A stretch of 63,239 bases of DNA, the filler included, from Basidiobolus ranarum (lineage: Eukaryota): assembly GCA_040143965.1 (NCBI GenBank). It is 3 parts of 3 records of this genome, joined end to end, with 100 filler letters (N's around TTAATTAATTAA, not from the genome) between each part and the next. Parts side by side here need not be neighbours in the genome. Positions count along the whole stretch, not along the records: positions 1 to 21,161 come from JASJQH010007088.1; 2 more parts are not named here. One strand, 5' to 3'. The notes beneath the pieces were generated by a model, which saw nothing but the letters and a program-made list of their open reading frames with translations, was not told the origin of the DNA and made no database searches. A program made the translations under genes and the position numbers. Every line of letters starts with the position of its first letter. The first letter of the stretch is position 1. Positions 1 through 13,335 of this stretch are shown here, in pieces.

Positions 1-2
1 CA

Positions 3-71
3 ATGCAAATTGATGGAACTCGCTTTAGAAAGCTTAGCCCTGAGGAGAAATATCGACGCCAACCTACCTGA
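3..71 (+). mobile_element. Ty3/gypsy-type retrotransposon gag remnant
   Basis: Translates as MQIDGTRFRKLSPEEKYRRQPT*, resembling the (P)M(E/Q)ID...KLTPEEKxRR segment that precedes the zinc knuckle in gypsy/PEG10-like Gag. No knuckle or pol follows; it sits at the window edge. Confidence 0.5.
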
Positions 72-982
72 TTTGGCAGCAGGTCTTGGGGTTTGATATA
101 TGTACATACCATTGATGCGTGTAAACTCTATTCTATATACCTTCTAACGGTTGTAAAGCCCAATCACGTTTGTCTTGCATGTGTCATTGATGTTGTTCTT
201 CACATTGCTTCGCTTGTTAAGAAGAGTGCTGAGTGGGGCTCTTCATACATTGAATTCTCTCGTATTTGCCTATGTGGCGTAAGAGCATTTGTAAAGTTCA
301 CATATCACACTCGAAATAGTTAGTCTCATGCAATTTACTTTAGATATATGCTCTATTCGGCAATTGTAGTGCTGGAATAAGTATATACACAGATGTCTTT
401 GAGCCTCGAACTTTTGTAGCACCCTTAGCTCTCTCGTTAAGAAGATATTGCCTCATGCTAGTGGAGATGGTATTGAATCAACCTAATCTGGTGATTAGCA
501 GTCACGTTTCTCATCCAAGTTAAATGATTATGAAACCAAGTATGCGAAACATGATCTGGCTTGACATTTCATCATGGAGCTTGATTGGTCCGTGGCGCAC
601 ATATATTAACTGCCGTATACGAAAGATTCACCAGTACAGTTATGGAGATATCCTCAATTATCGTAGTGTATTAAATAAGCGCTAAATAACGATAATATGA
701 GACCAATGACCTTTTGCTAATTTGTATATTACTCGTGGAAATTTGGAATTGCACTAATATAAGAAATTGTAGGCAACAAATTGGGACTTTCATTTCTACT
801 TATACAAGGAGCAACCTGAGCTTTTTAGGCTGGACGGAGTTTCTTCGGAGTATATTTACTTGTCAGGGAATTTTCCCACTACATTGACTTTGTAGAAATT
901 ATAGCTTCTTTTCAGTTTTAAACTTTGCAACTCATATCTGAGCTGTTCTAATTTCTTGAGTGGTTTTATTATTTGGACTATA

Positions 983-3900
983 ATGAGGTCTCCTCAAAAC
1001 TTGCTAGCAACCTTGATTTATAGGACCAAGCGACTTTCTTTTCGTAGTTTTCCTGCTTGGCCCAAGAGACCTCGTAATGAAAACCCAAACGCACCAAGAA
1101 TGGTTTTCTCTAACAATCATATTGCAAACTCAAACTTTCCCTGTAACAAAATTACCAACACAAAGTATACAGCCCTTAGTTTTCTTCCTAAGAATTTGTT
1201 AGAGCAATTTAGGTAATGACCAATCTAGATTTTTTCACTTTTTGCCCGAATTCCTATGGGGTAGGTGCTAACGAAACACTCACTTACATATAGCCGCTTT
1301 ATGAATCTTTACTTTTTGTTGATTGCTTGTCTTCAGTTAAATCCTTCTCTGGTCTGTTTGATATTCTCTTGGTAAATTTTCGAACTTAAGACTGACCTTT
1401 CTTTATAGACACCGGTCAATCCTATGACTACTTGGACTCCATTGATTATGATCTTTTCGATTTCGGCCTTAAAGGAGGGGTTAGATGACTATCGACGATA
1501 CAAATCAGATAAAGAGTTTAATGAGCGTCTGTATACAGTGTACAGAAATGGACACGGATTAAAAATCAAGTGTCAAGATATCCGAGTAGGCGATATTGTT
1601 CGGGTACTTATGGTTTTACCAAGACACATAAATATGAGGAAGAAAGTTTGACCATTGCTTGATATTTTAGGTGGAGCAAGGAACGGAGATACCTTGTGAT
1701 ATGGTTTTACTGCGTTCATCCGACCTAGATGGTACATGCTACATTCAAACCGCTAACTTAGATGGCGAGACGGATCTCAAAACTCGAACTGCTCCTAATT
1801 TTACCGCTAGCCTTTCTGATACAGAGGTTATAGCATTTGACGGTGTTGGTAAATATTTTCATGAAGTTTCTGGCAATCAAATTGTGAAAGCATTGCTAAT
1901 ACAGCATAGTTCATTGTCCACAACCTAATGGCCAGATATACAGATTTGATGCAAGACTCGAGTTATCGCCAGACTCTGATGAGTTCTCTGCGCTGACATC
2001 GAAACAGTTGCTTCTTCAAGGGACATTTCTCAAAAATACTGATTTTGCTTACGGGTTATCGGTATATACCGGGAACGAGACCAAGATAGGAATGAACAAA
2101 AAAGTACCTCCCATCAAACTCACCAAGATAGATCGACAGATTGAAAGAGCTAGTATGATTATTTTCGTACTTCAAATTTGTCTGGTGTTTTTGAACGGAT
2201 TCATTGGAGATATAGAGCAGGAAAGTTATTTCAAAGGGCAACATACCTACTTGAGTACTGAGAATCTCTTCCAATGGTACCATTATCTTATTATTCCATT
2301 AAGAATGCTTTTGCTCATGTCCTTGATGATTCCCATCTCTCTCAAAGTCACACTGGTAAGTACTTCACTATGTGCCATACTATGCAATCGATACAAACGC
2401 CGATATTTCTACATTCTTTGATAGGATATTTGTAAATACATGTACGCTATGTTCATCAACTGGGTAAGCATTCCGTAATGCCTATCGATGCTTTCATGTA
2501 TTTACTTGGATGCTCTTTCAGGATCTAAAGATGTACAATGAGAAGACTGGAGGTGCTTTTGCTGCCAACACTGCTATATCAGAGGATTTGGGACAAATCG
2601 ACTATATCTTTACGGACAAGACTGGTTGAGAATGATTTAAATTCTTTGTCGAGGCCTCTCTTTGTTAACGCTTATTTTAATTGATCATTAGGGACACTGA
2701 CTGAGAATATTATGGTGTTGAAAAAATGCTCCATTAGTGGTATAATATTTGGACATACCGAAGATTGTGATGACCTTAGAGGGGACGATATACTTTTAAA
2801 TCTTCTTCAAAGTGGCAACTCCTCGATTACCGATACCAGACATACACACAAGAGTGAGGAGGTTCTGGATTTCTTTCGATGCTTGGCTATTTGTAACACG
2901 ATCATTCCTTCTGAGGAGTGTGAGAACGGTCGTCCTATTTATAGAGGTTCTTCTCCTGACGATGAGGCCTTGGTCAAGGGAGCGGCAGACGTTGGAGTTG
3001 TATTTTCCGGTAAAAGTAACGATGTTGTTCAAATTGATATAGGAGACATCAGAGAGACCTATCAGGTATTAAATATACTGGAGTTCTCATCAGATAGAAA
3101 GCGTATGTCGGTTATTATTCGTGATTATAGTAGTAATCCCGATGAAGCCCAAGTGCCTTCTCGGATAAGACTGATATCGAAGGGTGCGGATGATTCAATG
3201 CTGCATCATTGTAATGGGCAAGAGGAGATACTTCAAGCTACTACCAAACATCTCAACGAATTTGCTCAACTAGGCCTTCGTACATTGGCTGTTGGTTACA
3301 AAGATCTAACCTCAAAAGAGTACAAAGTCTGGTCTGAAAAATATCATGAGGCCAATACTTCATTGGAAAACCGCGAGGCTAAATTGGAAGAGTGCTTCAA
3401 TTCTATAGAGAATAACTTCACCTTGTTAGGATGTACTGCTATTGAAGACAAATTACAAGAAGCTGTACCTGAGACCATCGCATTGTTTAGAGAGGCCGGA
3501 GTTAAGTTATGGATGCTCACAGGTTAGCACTTGAATTACACTTGATGATCCTCGCAACAATTAACTCCTAGAAACCATGTGTAGGTGATAAATTGACAAC
3601 AGCCATTCAAGTAAGTAGTGAATATGCATCGCTCCGATCTGGTCGGTATATGTCTAACCAACTTCCCATCACAACTATAGATTGCTACTAGGTATGTGCG
3701 CTGGATATCTCTATATTCACAGATTTATAGTGGCTAATGATATTTCTAGCTGTAACCTTCTATCTTCCTCGGAGCATGCAACTTTGGTTCGTCTAGAGGG
3801 GAATCTGAAACCAGTTCGAGAGCTGCAAAGTGACATTGAACAAGCAATATACCACCACCGTACCCATATGGGTTCTGATCAATTGATGGAATCATTACAT

Positions 3901-5391
3901 ATCGATTCTGTTCATGGCCCATCGCTTTCCGTGGTCATCGATGGGAGTGCTCTCGCAGCTATCACCGAAGATGTACACTGCCACGAGCAATTCATAAAAC
4001 TATGCATGCTTGCTCATACCGTGGTCTGCTGTCGAGTTACACCCAACCAAAAATGCCAAGTTGTTACTACAATCAAGGATAAAGGATTCGTGACGTTGTC
4101 AGTAGGAGATGGCGGAAATGATGTTTTAATGATCCAACAGGTAAATCTAAATATTGAATCATCATACATACACTTTGTTAATGATGGCTTACCAGGCTAA
4201 TGTCGGCGTCGGAATTAGAGGAAGAGAAGGCTTACAAGCAGCTCGTGCGGCTGATTACAATATTACCAAATTTTCACATTTACAACGGCTGATTTTAGGT
4301 GATTTTCCAACTGGATTTCCATTTTGCCAACTATACTAAAGATCCATTCATTTCTAGTTCACGGGAGATATTCGCTTCACAGAACATCTATGGTTGCTTT
4401 ATATTGTTTCTACAAAAGGTTCGTAGGTTCATAGGAAAGGTGAAATATGTCATGAATATTAATGGCGTTTGTTGAAATTCTAGCATTTACGTTTGTATGA
4501 TTCAGGTAGGTGTTTCTCTAACTGGATCTTGCATCTTACTTACAAGTACTGACTCTTAATCTTCCAGATATTATACCAAGTTGTTTGCGGTTTCTCTGGT
4601 ACTTCGTTGTTGAACACATTTAGTCTGACCACATACAACACTCTGTTCACGGAGCTACCGATTCTATTTTACATCTTGGACAAGGATGTCGAAGAGTCGG
4701 CTATTTTTGAGTATCCTCCCACCTATCAGTCAAACTTAGGCCGTTCTACGAGTTCCCTCTTGAATAATTTTTCTCCCTGGATTGGAAAAGCCGTTTTTCA
4801 GGCGGTGATCACACTTCTGACCTGCTTATTTACCTTTTGGGACTGGGAGTCTGCAGATGGCCTTGGAAGTAGTGGCCGAGAGACCATGTCAGCGGTGGTA
4901 TTTACGATAGTCATGCTGGTAAGACAATGATATTTTGGCTATCTTCTTTGTAAAGTTTGACTGAATTCCGATTCTTTTTCCACACCTACACAATATAGGT
5001 AGTTCAATTTACCTTGGCTTTAGAGACGAACTATTTCACCCACTTGAACCATTTAGCAGTTTGGGGAACTGTTGGCTTCTACTTTGCTATATCTTATGTG
5101 ATTTCAATGGTGCCTGCTCTTGGGATGTATCATGTTATACACAAGGTGTATGGTGAATGGGTCTTTTGGTTTGTTATTACTATTGCCACGATAGTATGCC
5201 TAATTCCGCTTTATATCCAAAAATATGCACAAACCCAGTATTTCCCGAAGATCAATGAATTGCTAAGGGAGCAATCATTATATTCTACCAATCAAACTGG
5301 GGATTTATGGTTTCCACTTTCCAAATTGTACTGCTTTTTTAGACCTAATCGAACTCAAAATACCTCCAGAATTTATCAACCATTACCTTAA
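983..5391 (+). CDS. P4-type ATPase (phospholipid flippase), ALA2-like; multi-exon
   Basis: Spliced reading gives [64 protein letters not shown] (DKTG|T split by intron 2625-2691), SPDDEALV, FSSDRKRMSV, WMLTGDK, CCRVTPNQK, VGDGGNDV and GREGLQAARAADY. Stop at 5389-5391. Confidence 0.95.
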
Positions 5392-5778
5392 GTTAGAGAC
5401 TAGAGTTGTTATATATTGAAATTCAATTATTTATATTCGTTCAACTTTCTCCAATATCTCATAGGTTTATTCGATTCATTCTCACATTCATTAAACTCTC
5501 CTCCCCCTCAATGACAGTTGAAATGGTGACTTTACTAACAGATATGAATTGGTATACCTAAGACGCAGAAACGATTACTTCTTGCTTGCAACTCAATCAT
5601 AATTAAATAAAGAACTGCTAAACAGAAGGTCAGGGCACATCATTCATAAGAGAAGAAAAGTGGACTCCTTGTAATAAGGGTGTAGGACATGCTAGAAAAT
5701 ATGGAAGAAATCTGGTTCAAAGGGTAAACGAAGCTAAGAGATAACTTGGTAATAGTAATGATGAAGATATGGATCACT

Positions 5779-8433
5779 TTACTCTATAGAGGAATTCTGT
5801 AATTTTTGAATTCTATCTAGAAGTATAGTAGCGTTAGACCGCATCTCTGCTGGATAATCTCCTCCAATGTTTTGAGTCATATTCTCTAGGGCTTCAATTA
5901 ATGGAAGAATCTCTTTCTCAGATGAGGTAGCTGGTTCTTCGGTTTCCTCGTCCACGTCCGCTTGAGTGGCATCTTGTGAGAGAAGTTCCAGAACGATCTT
6001 GCCTGTTTGTAGAGATTGATTAATAAAATCCCTGATATTGGATTAGTATTGAGAATAGTGAGTCAATCTCTACCGTCGTGTTCTGAGTCTAGGGTTAATA
6101 AAGTTAGCGCGATGATTCCTTCATTCTGTAAGAGCGGGAACTTGGGCTTTTTAATCATATTTCCGATTAATGTGATCACCCGTATGTTACTTAGGTGTTT
6201 GCGTAGGGTGGCTTTGAAATGAACATGTTAATTAACAAAATTCCACTGCTAGTTAGTTTCATTGAAATTACCCAAGTCGGTTTCCCTATCCAGGTTGTCT
6301 GCTCCCCAACCTAATCGAACAAGGTTGATTAAGATACGAGATCCCTCACTGCATATTCCTGGGTTATCGGTGCGCTCGATGACATGGAGAATTTGATCTA
6401 GAATTGGTGCTTTCTCATTAGTGGGTTGGATCAGATCAAGTCCATTGTCAACTATATCGTATAAAGGTTGAAATCAGTGACGGACCAAATGGTGAGGAGT
6501 ACGAGATTCAAATTACGATTTCCAGCACAAAGGTGCTTTATAGCCACAATAGTGGAAAACTGGATAGGCTTGGATTCCGATTCAATGAGAGGTGCAATGA
6601 CTTGAATTGCCCCCAACGATCCAATGATTGACTTGTTGGAATCTGTAAAGATGGGTGTAAGTTGAGTTTAATAAGTATGATCCGTTCAGGGTTCTGTAGA
6701 GAGATTTGTATACTTGGAAGACAAAGGTTCTTAATTATCCCGATGATGGCATGTTGAACTTTAACGTCAACATGGGACTTGAGCAGCTCGAGGAGTATAG
6801 GAGTGATCTTGTATTCCTGTACCAACTGGATACAATGAGAATCTACATTAAGAGAGTATCCGTGAATTAGTAAAGTCACTACGTAAGCAGATAAGAGTGG
6901 ATCTGGTACCAGTTCTGGCTAAGTTGGCAAGGCATAGGCCACCACACATTTGAAGCTGTTCGCTAGGATTATGTAGCCATTCAATGAACTTGCTAATGTA
7001 TCGCTTCTCGAAAAGTTTTTCAAGATTCACATCTAGTAAATAGAGTTAAAATTCGTACGGGCAGGAGTTAGAGTGAATCTAGCCTGTAGTGTAGAAGTGT
7101 ATGGCCTACTAACCACTCATTCCCACTTCGATAATTATATTTGTTACAGCAGATTGGATCTCTTTAAGTGTATTGTGATCATCAGCATCAACGTCGGAGG
7201 GTGATATTTCAAGTATAGACAACAAGGGCTCAAACAACGATTCTTGAACCACTGTGTTTTGCAAAGTTTCTAGATATTAGAAAAGAAAGTTTGAGGCCAA
7301 GTTAATATCGTGCCATCTTCGAATCCCAAAATCAAAACCTAACCATTGTCAACAATAACTGCGGACAAAATTTCAACTGTAGGTTCCATTACTTCAAAGA
7401 ATCTGTCATCCGTGCGAACTGACAGGTACTTCAGCAGGCGAAGCAGGGAAAGTCCTCCATTTTCTTGTTCAAAGGCTTTCACACCCTCATCTATAACTGG
7501 ATTAGCTTACGGTACTATAGACCAGATCTCTAGATACAAATGAGCCAACCTTCCTCAAGTAGATTCGACAGCACCTTCACTCCGATCATGACGGTCATTG
7601 AATTGCCCATTTCCAACAAACCAGGATGTAACAAGGAAAGTATACCCTTCAACCCATCTTGCGCGATAATTTCTTTGATCACGGGCGCTATTTGTGAAAG
7701 TATTAGACGACGAAGTTGAAGATGAGTAAAAGCTAGAAGTTTACCATATCGCATACTAATATTCAGCAAAGCTCCAGCACAAGTCATTGCAATTGGTTGG
7801 TTTTTGTCGTTGGTACTGAAACACTCTAGAATTGCTGTTATCCCTTGGTTGTCTAAGGTCCGTTGACGATTCTCATCTAAAACAGGCAGGTAAGGGTTAG
7901 AGTTGAATGTCCCGGAAGGAGCTTTCTATGCCTCGGATGAGGCAATAGAAAGCTGGATTGAGAGTAAACGAAAATAAATTTACCGTGGTCAATGCAGGTA
8001 TTTGCTATGGCTCTTAAACATTGAATGCGAACTTCATTGTTCTCTTTGGCAGTATTCAACCAATAAATAGAGATCTCAATAACACCTGCTTGGCTTAATG
8101 TTGGTCGATTGGTCGCTAAAATAACAAAAAAATTCCCGTATTCGTTTTAGTTGAACTATTAATATTTAGATGCTAAGAGATACCACCAACGTTGCTTGGC
8201 CCAGTCTGCCAAAATCTCTTCGGCTGCTTTGATGACTTTCCAGTTTATTTTGGTGTGATCTTTTTCTTTTAATTCTTGTAAATCATTAATAATTAATGGG
8301 GTCAACTCGCTACAAGAGGTCGAGCTTTGAGTATCTGCAGGTATTCAAATGTTAAACAACAGCAGCACGTCAGTTTAATATAATCATAAGTACCTGCTTT
8401 TTTTAAAAGCTCTTTTAGATGAGAAGTAACCAT
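5779..8433 (-). CDS. SmgGDS/RAP1GDS1-like armadillo-repeat GTPase regulator; multi-exon
   Basis: Exons encode QCLRAIANTCIDHDENR, GALLNISM, LCLANLARTDSHCIQLV, DVKVQHAIIGIIKNLCLP and EMRSNATILL, which match SmgGDS ARM motifs. ATG at 8433, TAA at 5779-5781. Confidence 0.75.
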
Positions 8434-8810
8434 TATTTTTAATAGCTTTAGTAGAGGTTAAGATAAAAATGTGAGAAGGCAAGCGACCAAGTAGTGGCAA
8501 TTTTAGCGAAAAATCAGGCATAATATTTACACTCAGAATACTTGTAATATTAAGACTTATCAGGAACTTTTGATTAGAATTAATAGTCTCTAAACAGTGA
8601 TGGGTAAATATTTAATCAGATGTTGATTTACAAGGATTCATTGGATGTGGCTCTCTATAGTATAGCTTTACTAACAAACTGCAGCACCACGAACTCTGGC
8701 AATTCTTTCCAACACACTAGGAATGAAAGGCCTTTGAAAATAGTGTTGATATATGTTCAGTGAATTTCAAAGTTTTATTATGAGTATTGGGAAGTTTCGA
8801 ACCGTAGTAC

Positions 8811-9160
8811 TTAGTTTTTGGCTTTGAGAGATTCAACAAGAGCAATATACTCAGCTTGAGCTTTCTCCTTGCTCAAGCCCTTCTTGCCATTCCAAGCTTC
8901 CCACTTGGCCTTGCCTTGGATATCAAACATACCAGGTTTTTCACTGGTGTTATCGCCAAAGATACCCTGCTTGAAAAGAGCATAGAGTTCGAGAAGCTCA
9001 GTATTGGAGGGCTTAGTAGCCAATGTCTTTACTTCGTCGGCGGCTTTAGCAAAAGCAGTCTGAGAAGGAAAATAAAAGGCTCACTTTAGCACATTAACTC
9101 TCACACAATATGTGGTATAGCAAGATAACTTACATTTCCGGTGGAGGCAGCGTCAGCCAT
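8811..9160 (-). CDS. ACB1: Acyl-CoA-binding protein (ACBP)
   Basis: Exon 1 is 9160-9134 (MADAASTGN), intron 9133-9060, exon 2 carries LLELYALFKQG...KPGMFDIQGKAKWEAW...YIALVESL. Confidence 0.95.
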
Positions 9161-11758
9161 GTTGAGTTATTGGTAAGTGGCATTGCGTAGAGGTCAGTAT
9201 TTATGGGTTACGGCTGAACTCTGGGGTAAAGCCTATCAAACAGGACTGCACCATTAAAGGAACTTGATTGGTCCATCACATCATTATCCAGGTTTGATGA
9301 GGTGATTCTATACTGGAGTAATAAAGAATGGTTTGGTTGAGCATTCTATGGTGTCATGTGAATAGGTGAGAGGACATTATAGAGCCCCGTGGATTCAATC
9401 ACCATGACATTGAGCAGTGCCAATCATATATACTGCAGAGCATAGCTTGATATAGCTATTCATCAATGGCCATCTACGCTCACTCGATAGTGGCTGAAGA
9501 AGGGTAATTGTGATTTAATGATAGTCGGCGGTTCGAGGTGGATGCAATTCTCACCCCTATTGCCCAAACCTTAGGATTTTGCCTGGCTCCCAGTGATTAC
9601 ATGTAGAGTGGCAGCTGATACTGACCCTGATATTACAAATGTCATGTAGAAACTGCTATGGGGATGGGCATTAAATGATGTCATCCTTAGATGTGTTCAA
9701 TATCGGCTTTATTCTATCGATGGGCGCATCAACATGGTCAATGATTTAGAACAGTACCTGGATGTAGTTGATTAGAATGTACGTTAGGGAGCATGGATTA
9801 CACCTGTGTACATATCTCTACTCGACAAAGAGGATCGCAAAGAGACATTTGTGACCGCTCGAACCTGGTTTTCGTTGCAGGGTATTCTTGCAGACTCGGG
9901 CTTCGAAGTAACAATCGGACTTGTACCCAAGTAGCAAGCGTAATACTGGGGATATCTGTCTGGTTCCAATAGAACAATCTGCCTTAAATTACACAAGGGG
10001 GTCACGACTGCTACACTTGCATCCACTACGAATGTGCGCCGCCATGTCTAATCTGATCTGGTGAAAGATGGCTCGCCAGTCACCGTTGATCCAACAGATC
10101 AATGAAATTCAGCAAGATTAAATGAAATCTCATAAACTCACGTATTGACAATCAGTAAATATCTAAGATTTGGATTCGATGACCGGGTACTTGGAGCACA
10201 TATGGGTGCTGATATCGTAGGTTCTCTTCTGCTCAAGATCGTTGCTGATGCTTGTGACCAGCAATGCAGTCACCATACCAGGAGCATCGTGCCATTTTAT
10301 GTGATGCTGTGATGGTTTGATTTCCACCACTAAGAGTATCGATCTTTCTCCCGTCCATAAGGGCCCATAGCTTGAGTCTGGATATTAATGGTTTAGAATA
10401 GGTTAGAGGTACAACCTTTATCAACAGTGGTTATGCATTTTAAAGCTAGAGCAGGCTTAATCAACGGCATTGCACTGCACAACAATCCCCAGTTGGAGTG
10501 TGCAGGCTTGCGCTCGAGGCAGATTCTCAAGAGACTTGGGTTGCAATCCCTCCAGTAGCTATTGTTCACTTGATTACGCACGATGGATGCAATATAGTTT
10601 CAGTGCGCCACATGAAAGGGAAAAGCCATCGATCATTTTGAGCGCTCTTAAAAGTACGCAGCTTGCACTTCTTGTTGGTGCACTATTACTGCACCTGTGC
10701 ATATCCCAATAAGCGATTGAGACCAACATTCAATTCTGTCTGGCATTCTGCTTCATATTAAGTGGCCTCTTTCCATTTGTATTCTGGAATGGCTTCCATT
10801 GATTCGTACTCATACTTAAATCAAAGATTCCGAAGATATTGTTCAGTGGCCAAACAACGAATATGACCTTCAAAAACTGTGGGAGTAATGCACACTCCCT
10901 AATCTACTTGCCGAAATCCACTAGCCTAAAATAGGGCGCTTACCAATCTCATTTTAAGTCAAAGCAGTAGTTGGCTTTAACTGTTTTTTATTAACTGCAG
11001 GGATAGCAGACAACTAAAGTCCATACACTATATCTCCATTAATATTACTGCAGCTCATCTCACATCTAAAATGCAAACAATGCTAAGACGTAGTAGGATG
11101 CTCAATTTCCTTTTCTCGTTAAAGTAGGTGGAAGCCATGGGGGATTTTATTGATTGGTGTAAAGTAAACACAAATAGTAGTCAGACCATTACGTTTGCCA
11201 GATTGGTCTCGTCTTGATGTTATTGATTACCTAAGTATGCACCTATGAATGGGTGTGAAACCGGAAGCAACAGCCAGGGCTGGTGAGAAAGATCTATCCT
11301 GAGGGCTAGTATTGACTCCTACTTTGTGCAAAGATCAAGCTAGCGTAAATAACTCGGACTTTTTAATACATTGCCAGTATTTGTTATAGTTATTCGGGAT
11401 CATAAATCTTCTCGACTAACTCTCCAATATATTGTGGAGTATCCATACATTAACTTCAATTCTCCATACTGTCCACCTCGATGAGACTTCGCGGTTTCTA
11501 AAGATCATGATCATTAGACTATCAGCCTATGACTTTTCAATTGGATGCATTCTTTTGAATTGCTTAGGGAACATAGACACCAACTGTGCGTTTATACCTC
11601 CCATTGAGTTGAACAGGGTTTTCATTATATAAAGGCTGATCTCCCCTTCTGTAAAACGCAATATCTCACTTCTGGAGTGACTGACAACATCGGTTGATTT
11701 TCGTTGACTCTATTCTGATAAACCAGCCAAATCCAACCCATTGGCACCTTACAAAAGT

Positions 11759-12388
11759 ATGTTTCTCCTTCCAATCAGTAGTATCGTTGCGTCCCAAAGT
11801 TCGGTAAAGGATGACGAGCGAAACTATAAGCTCCCTCCTTTACGCCCCTATAGGTGTCTCCTCTGCCATAAAGCTTTTCTTCGTCACGACCATTTAAAAA
11901 GACATATTCGTACTCATGACGAGGAATCTGCTAGCCACAACCCGAACAAGGGTACTCGAGGTGGCAAGCATCTCCGTACTCGTTCAGCAAGCTCGTTGAA
12001 AGGACCTAGGACAAATCAGAATCCTCCGTCTTTAGTGGAACACCATGAAAATCGTTCGACCACTTACAATTCATATTCATCTTCCGTTCCCTATATCAAA
12101 CCCTTGGAGCCACAGTATACTTCAAGTAGACCGTCCCAGCTTTTCAGAGCACAGCGTCATCTCAAAGATAGCACGTCTAAGGTTACATATACCACAGACT
12201 TTAATTTCAACATCACTTATTCGGCCTTCTCAGCTCCTTCTTCACCTCCACTCGGAAGTATTTCCCAGGCTCAAGTGGACAACATCCAAGATCCCCTTTC
12301 TCAAAACAAGCTAAAAGATATCTTTGAATCGAAAGATCCTCAGCAGCGGAAACTTCCACTGCCGCTCCCCTCCACTCCTCGATTTTAA
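11759..12388 (+). CDS. C2H2 zinc-finger protein, CreA/Mig1-like with one finger
   Basis: RPYRCLLCHKAFLRHDHLKRHIRTH followed by an S/P-rich tail (SAPSSPP, RKLPLPLP). Intronless; TATA-like TATATAAA near 11626. Confidence 0.8.
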   Translation: MFLLPISSIVASQSSVKDDERNYKLPPLRPYRCLLCHKAFLRHDHLKRHIRTHDEESASHNPNKGTRGGKHLRTRSASSLKGPRTNQNPPSLVEHHENRSTTYNSYSSSVPYIKPLEPQYTSSRPSQLFRAQRHLKDSTSKVTYTTDFNFNITYSAFSAPSSPPLGSISQAQVDNIQDPLSQNKLKDIFESKDPQQRKLPLPLPSTPRF

Positions 12389-13335
12389 TGACCATCTGAT
12401 GTATATAATTTATGTTGTTTGATTCGTTGATCTAGTAAAAAGCACATGCACATATAATGTACTCATATTAAGTCAAGCCTGAATATAGAGTTTTCTTATG
12501 ACCAACAGTTGGATTCCAGTGTGTATGTTTATTGAATTACTTGCGTAGGGACCCCCTGGTAAACAACTATAGTAATCATACAGTACAACCCAACCAATTA
12601 TGATTAAGAAAACACCTCATCTTACAAGTGGTAACTAGCAACAGTCAATTCAGCACAAGATGCTCTAATTTCCAGAACGCTTTCAAGCACTGCCTCAACT
12701 AATCAATGCAATAAGTAAGTTACTGTTCAGTGATGTAGTAACGGCCAATTGTATCAACGATCTCCTTAAAATCCAGAAATTCCAAAGGAATATTCTTAAA
12801 TGCAATCTCATTTCAGTATGCATAGATAAAATTGAATTGCAATTCTTCGGATTCATTAAACTCGTAGCTCTAGCTGCAGAATGGAAATTATTTTTATAAT
12901 CCGTTGGAAATTACTTGCAACCTTTATATGATACTGCCTTCAACTGACTTCTTCATTAGGCGTCACACTGATTGTAATCAGGTAAGATTTACTAGACTCT
13001 ATTAGTTTCCTGCAGAAGGTATGCTACTCAGTTGATCGACATGATCGAACTAACATCTAATGTCAAGGTCAGAATGCTCTCCAACTCCTAGCATACTCCA
13101 GGCTGATGCAAAAGAGGGTGTTCGTTTGTCTACAATATGATTTACAGAAGTCAGATGGATACAGAAGAGGCGTTTCATTTCTGTAAATATGGAAGTGCTT
13201 TAACTTTATTTGAAAATTATACAGAGTATACCGACATAGGGAAGTATTCATCTTTGATTTCACTATCTTTACAGGTATAATGACAAGAAGCAGGAACGGA
13301 TTCCAACGAACCCTATTGCATACTTCGTATAGTGA

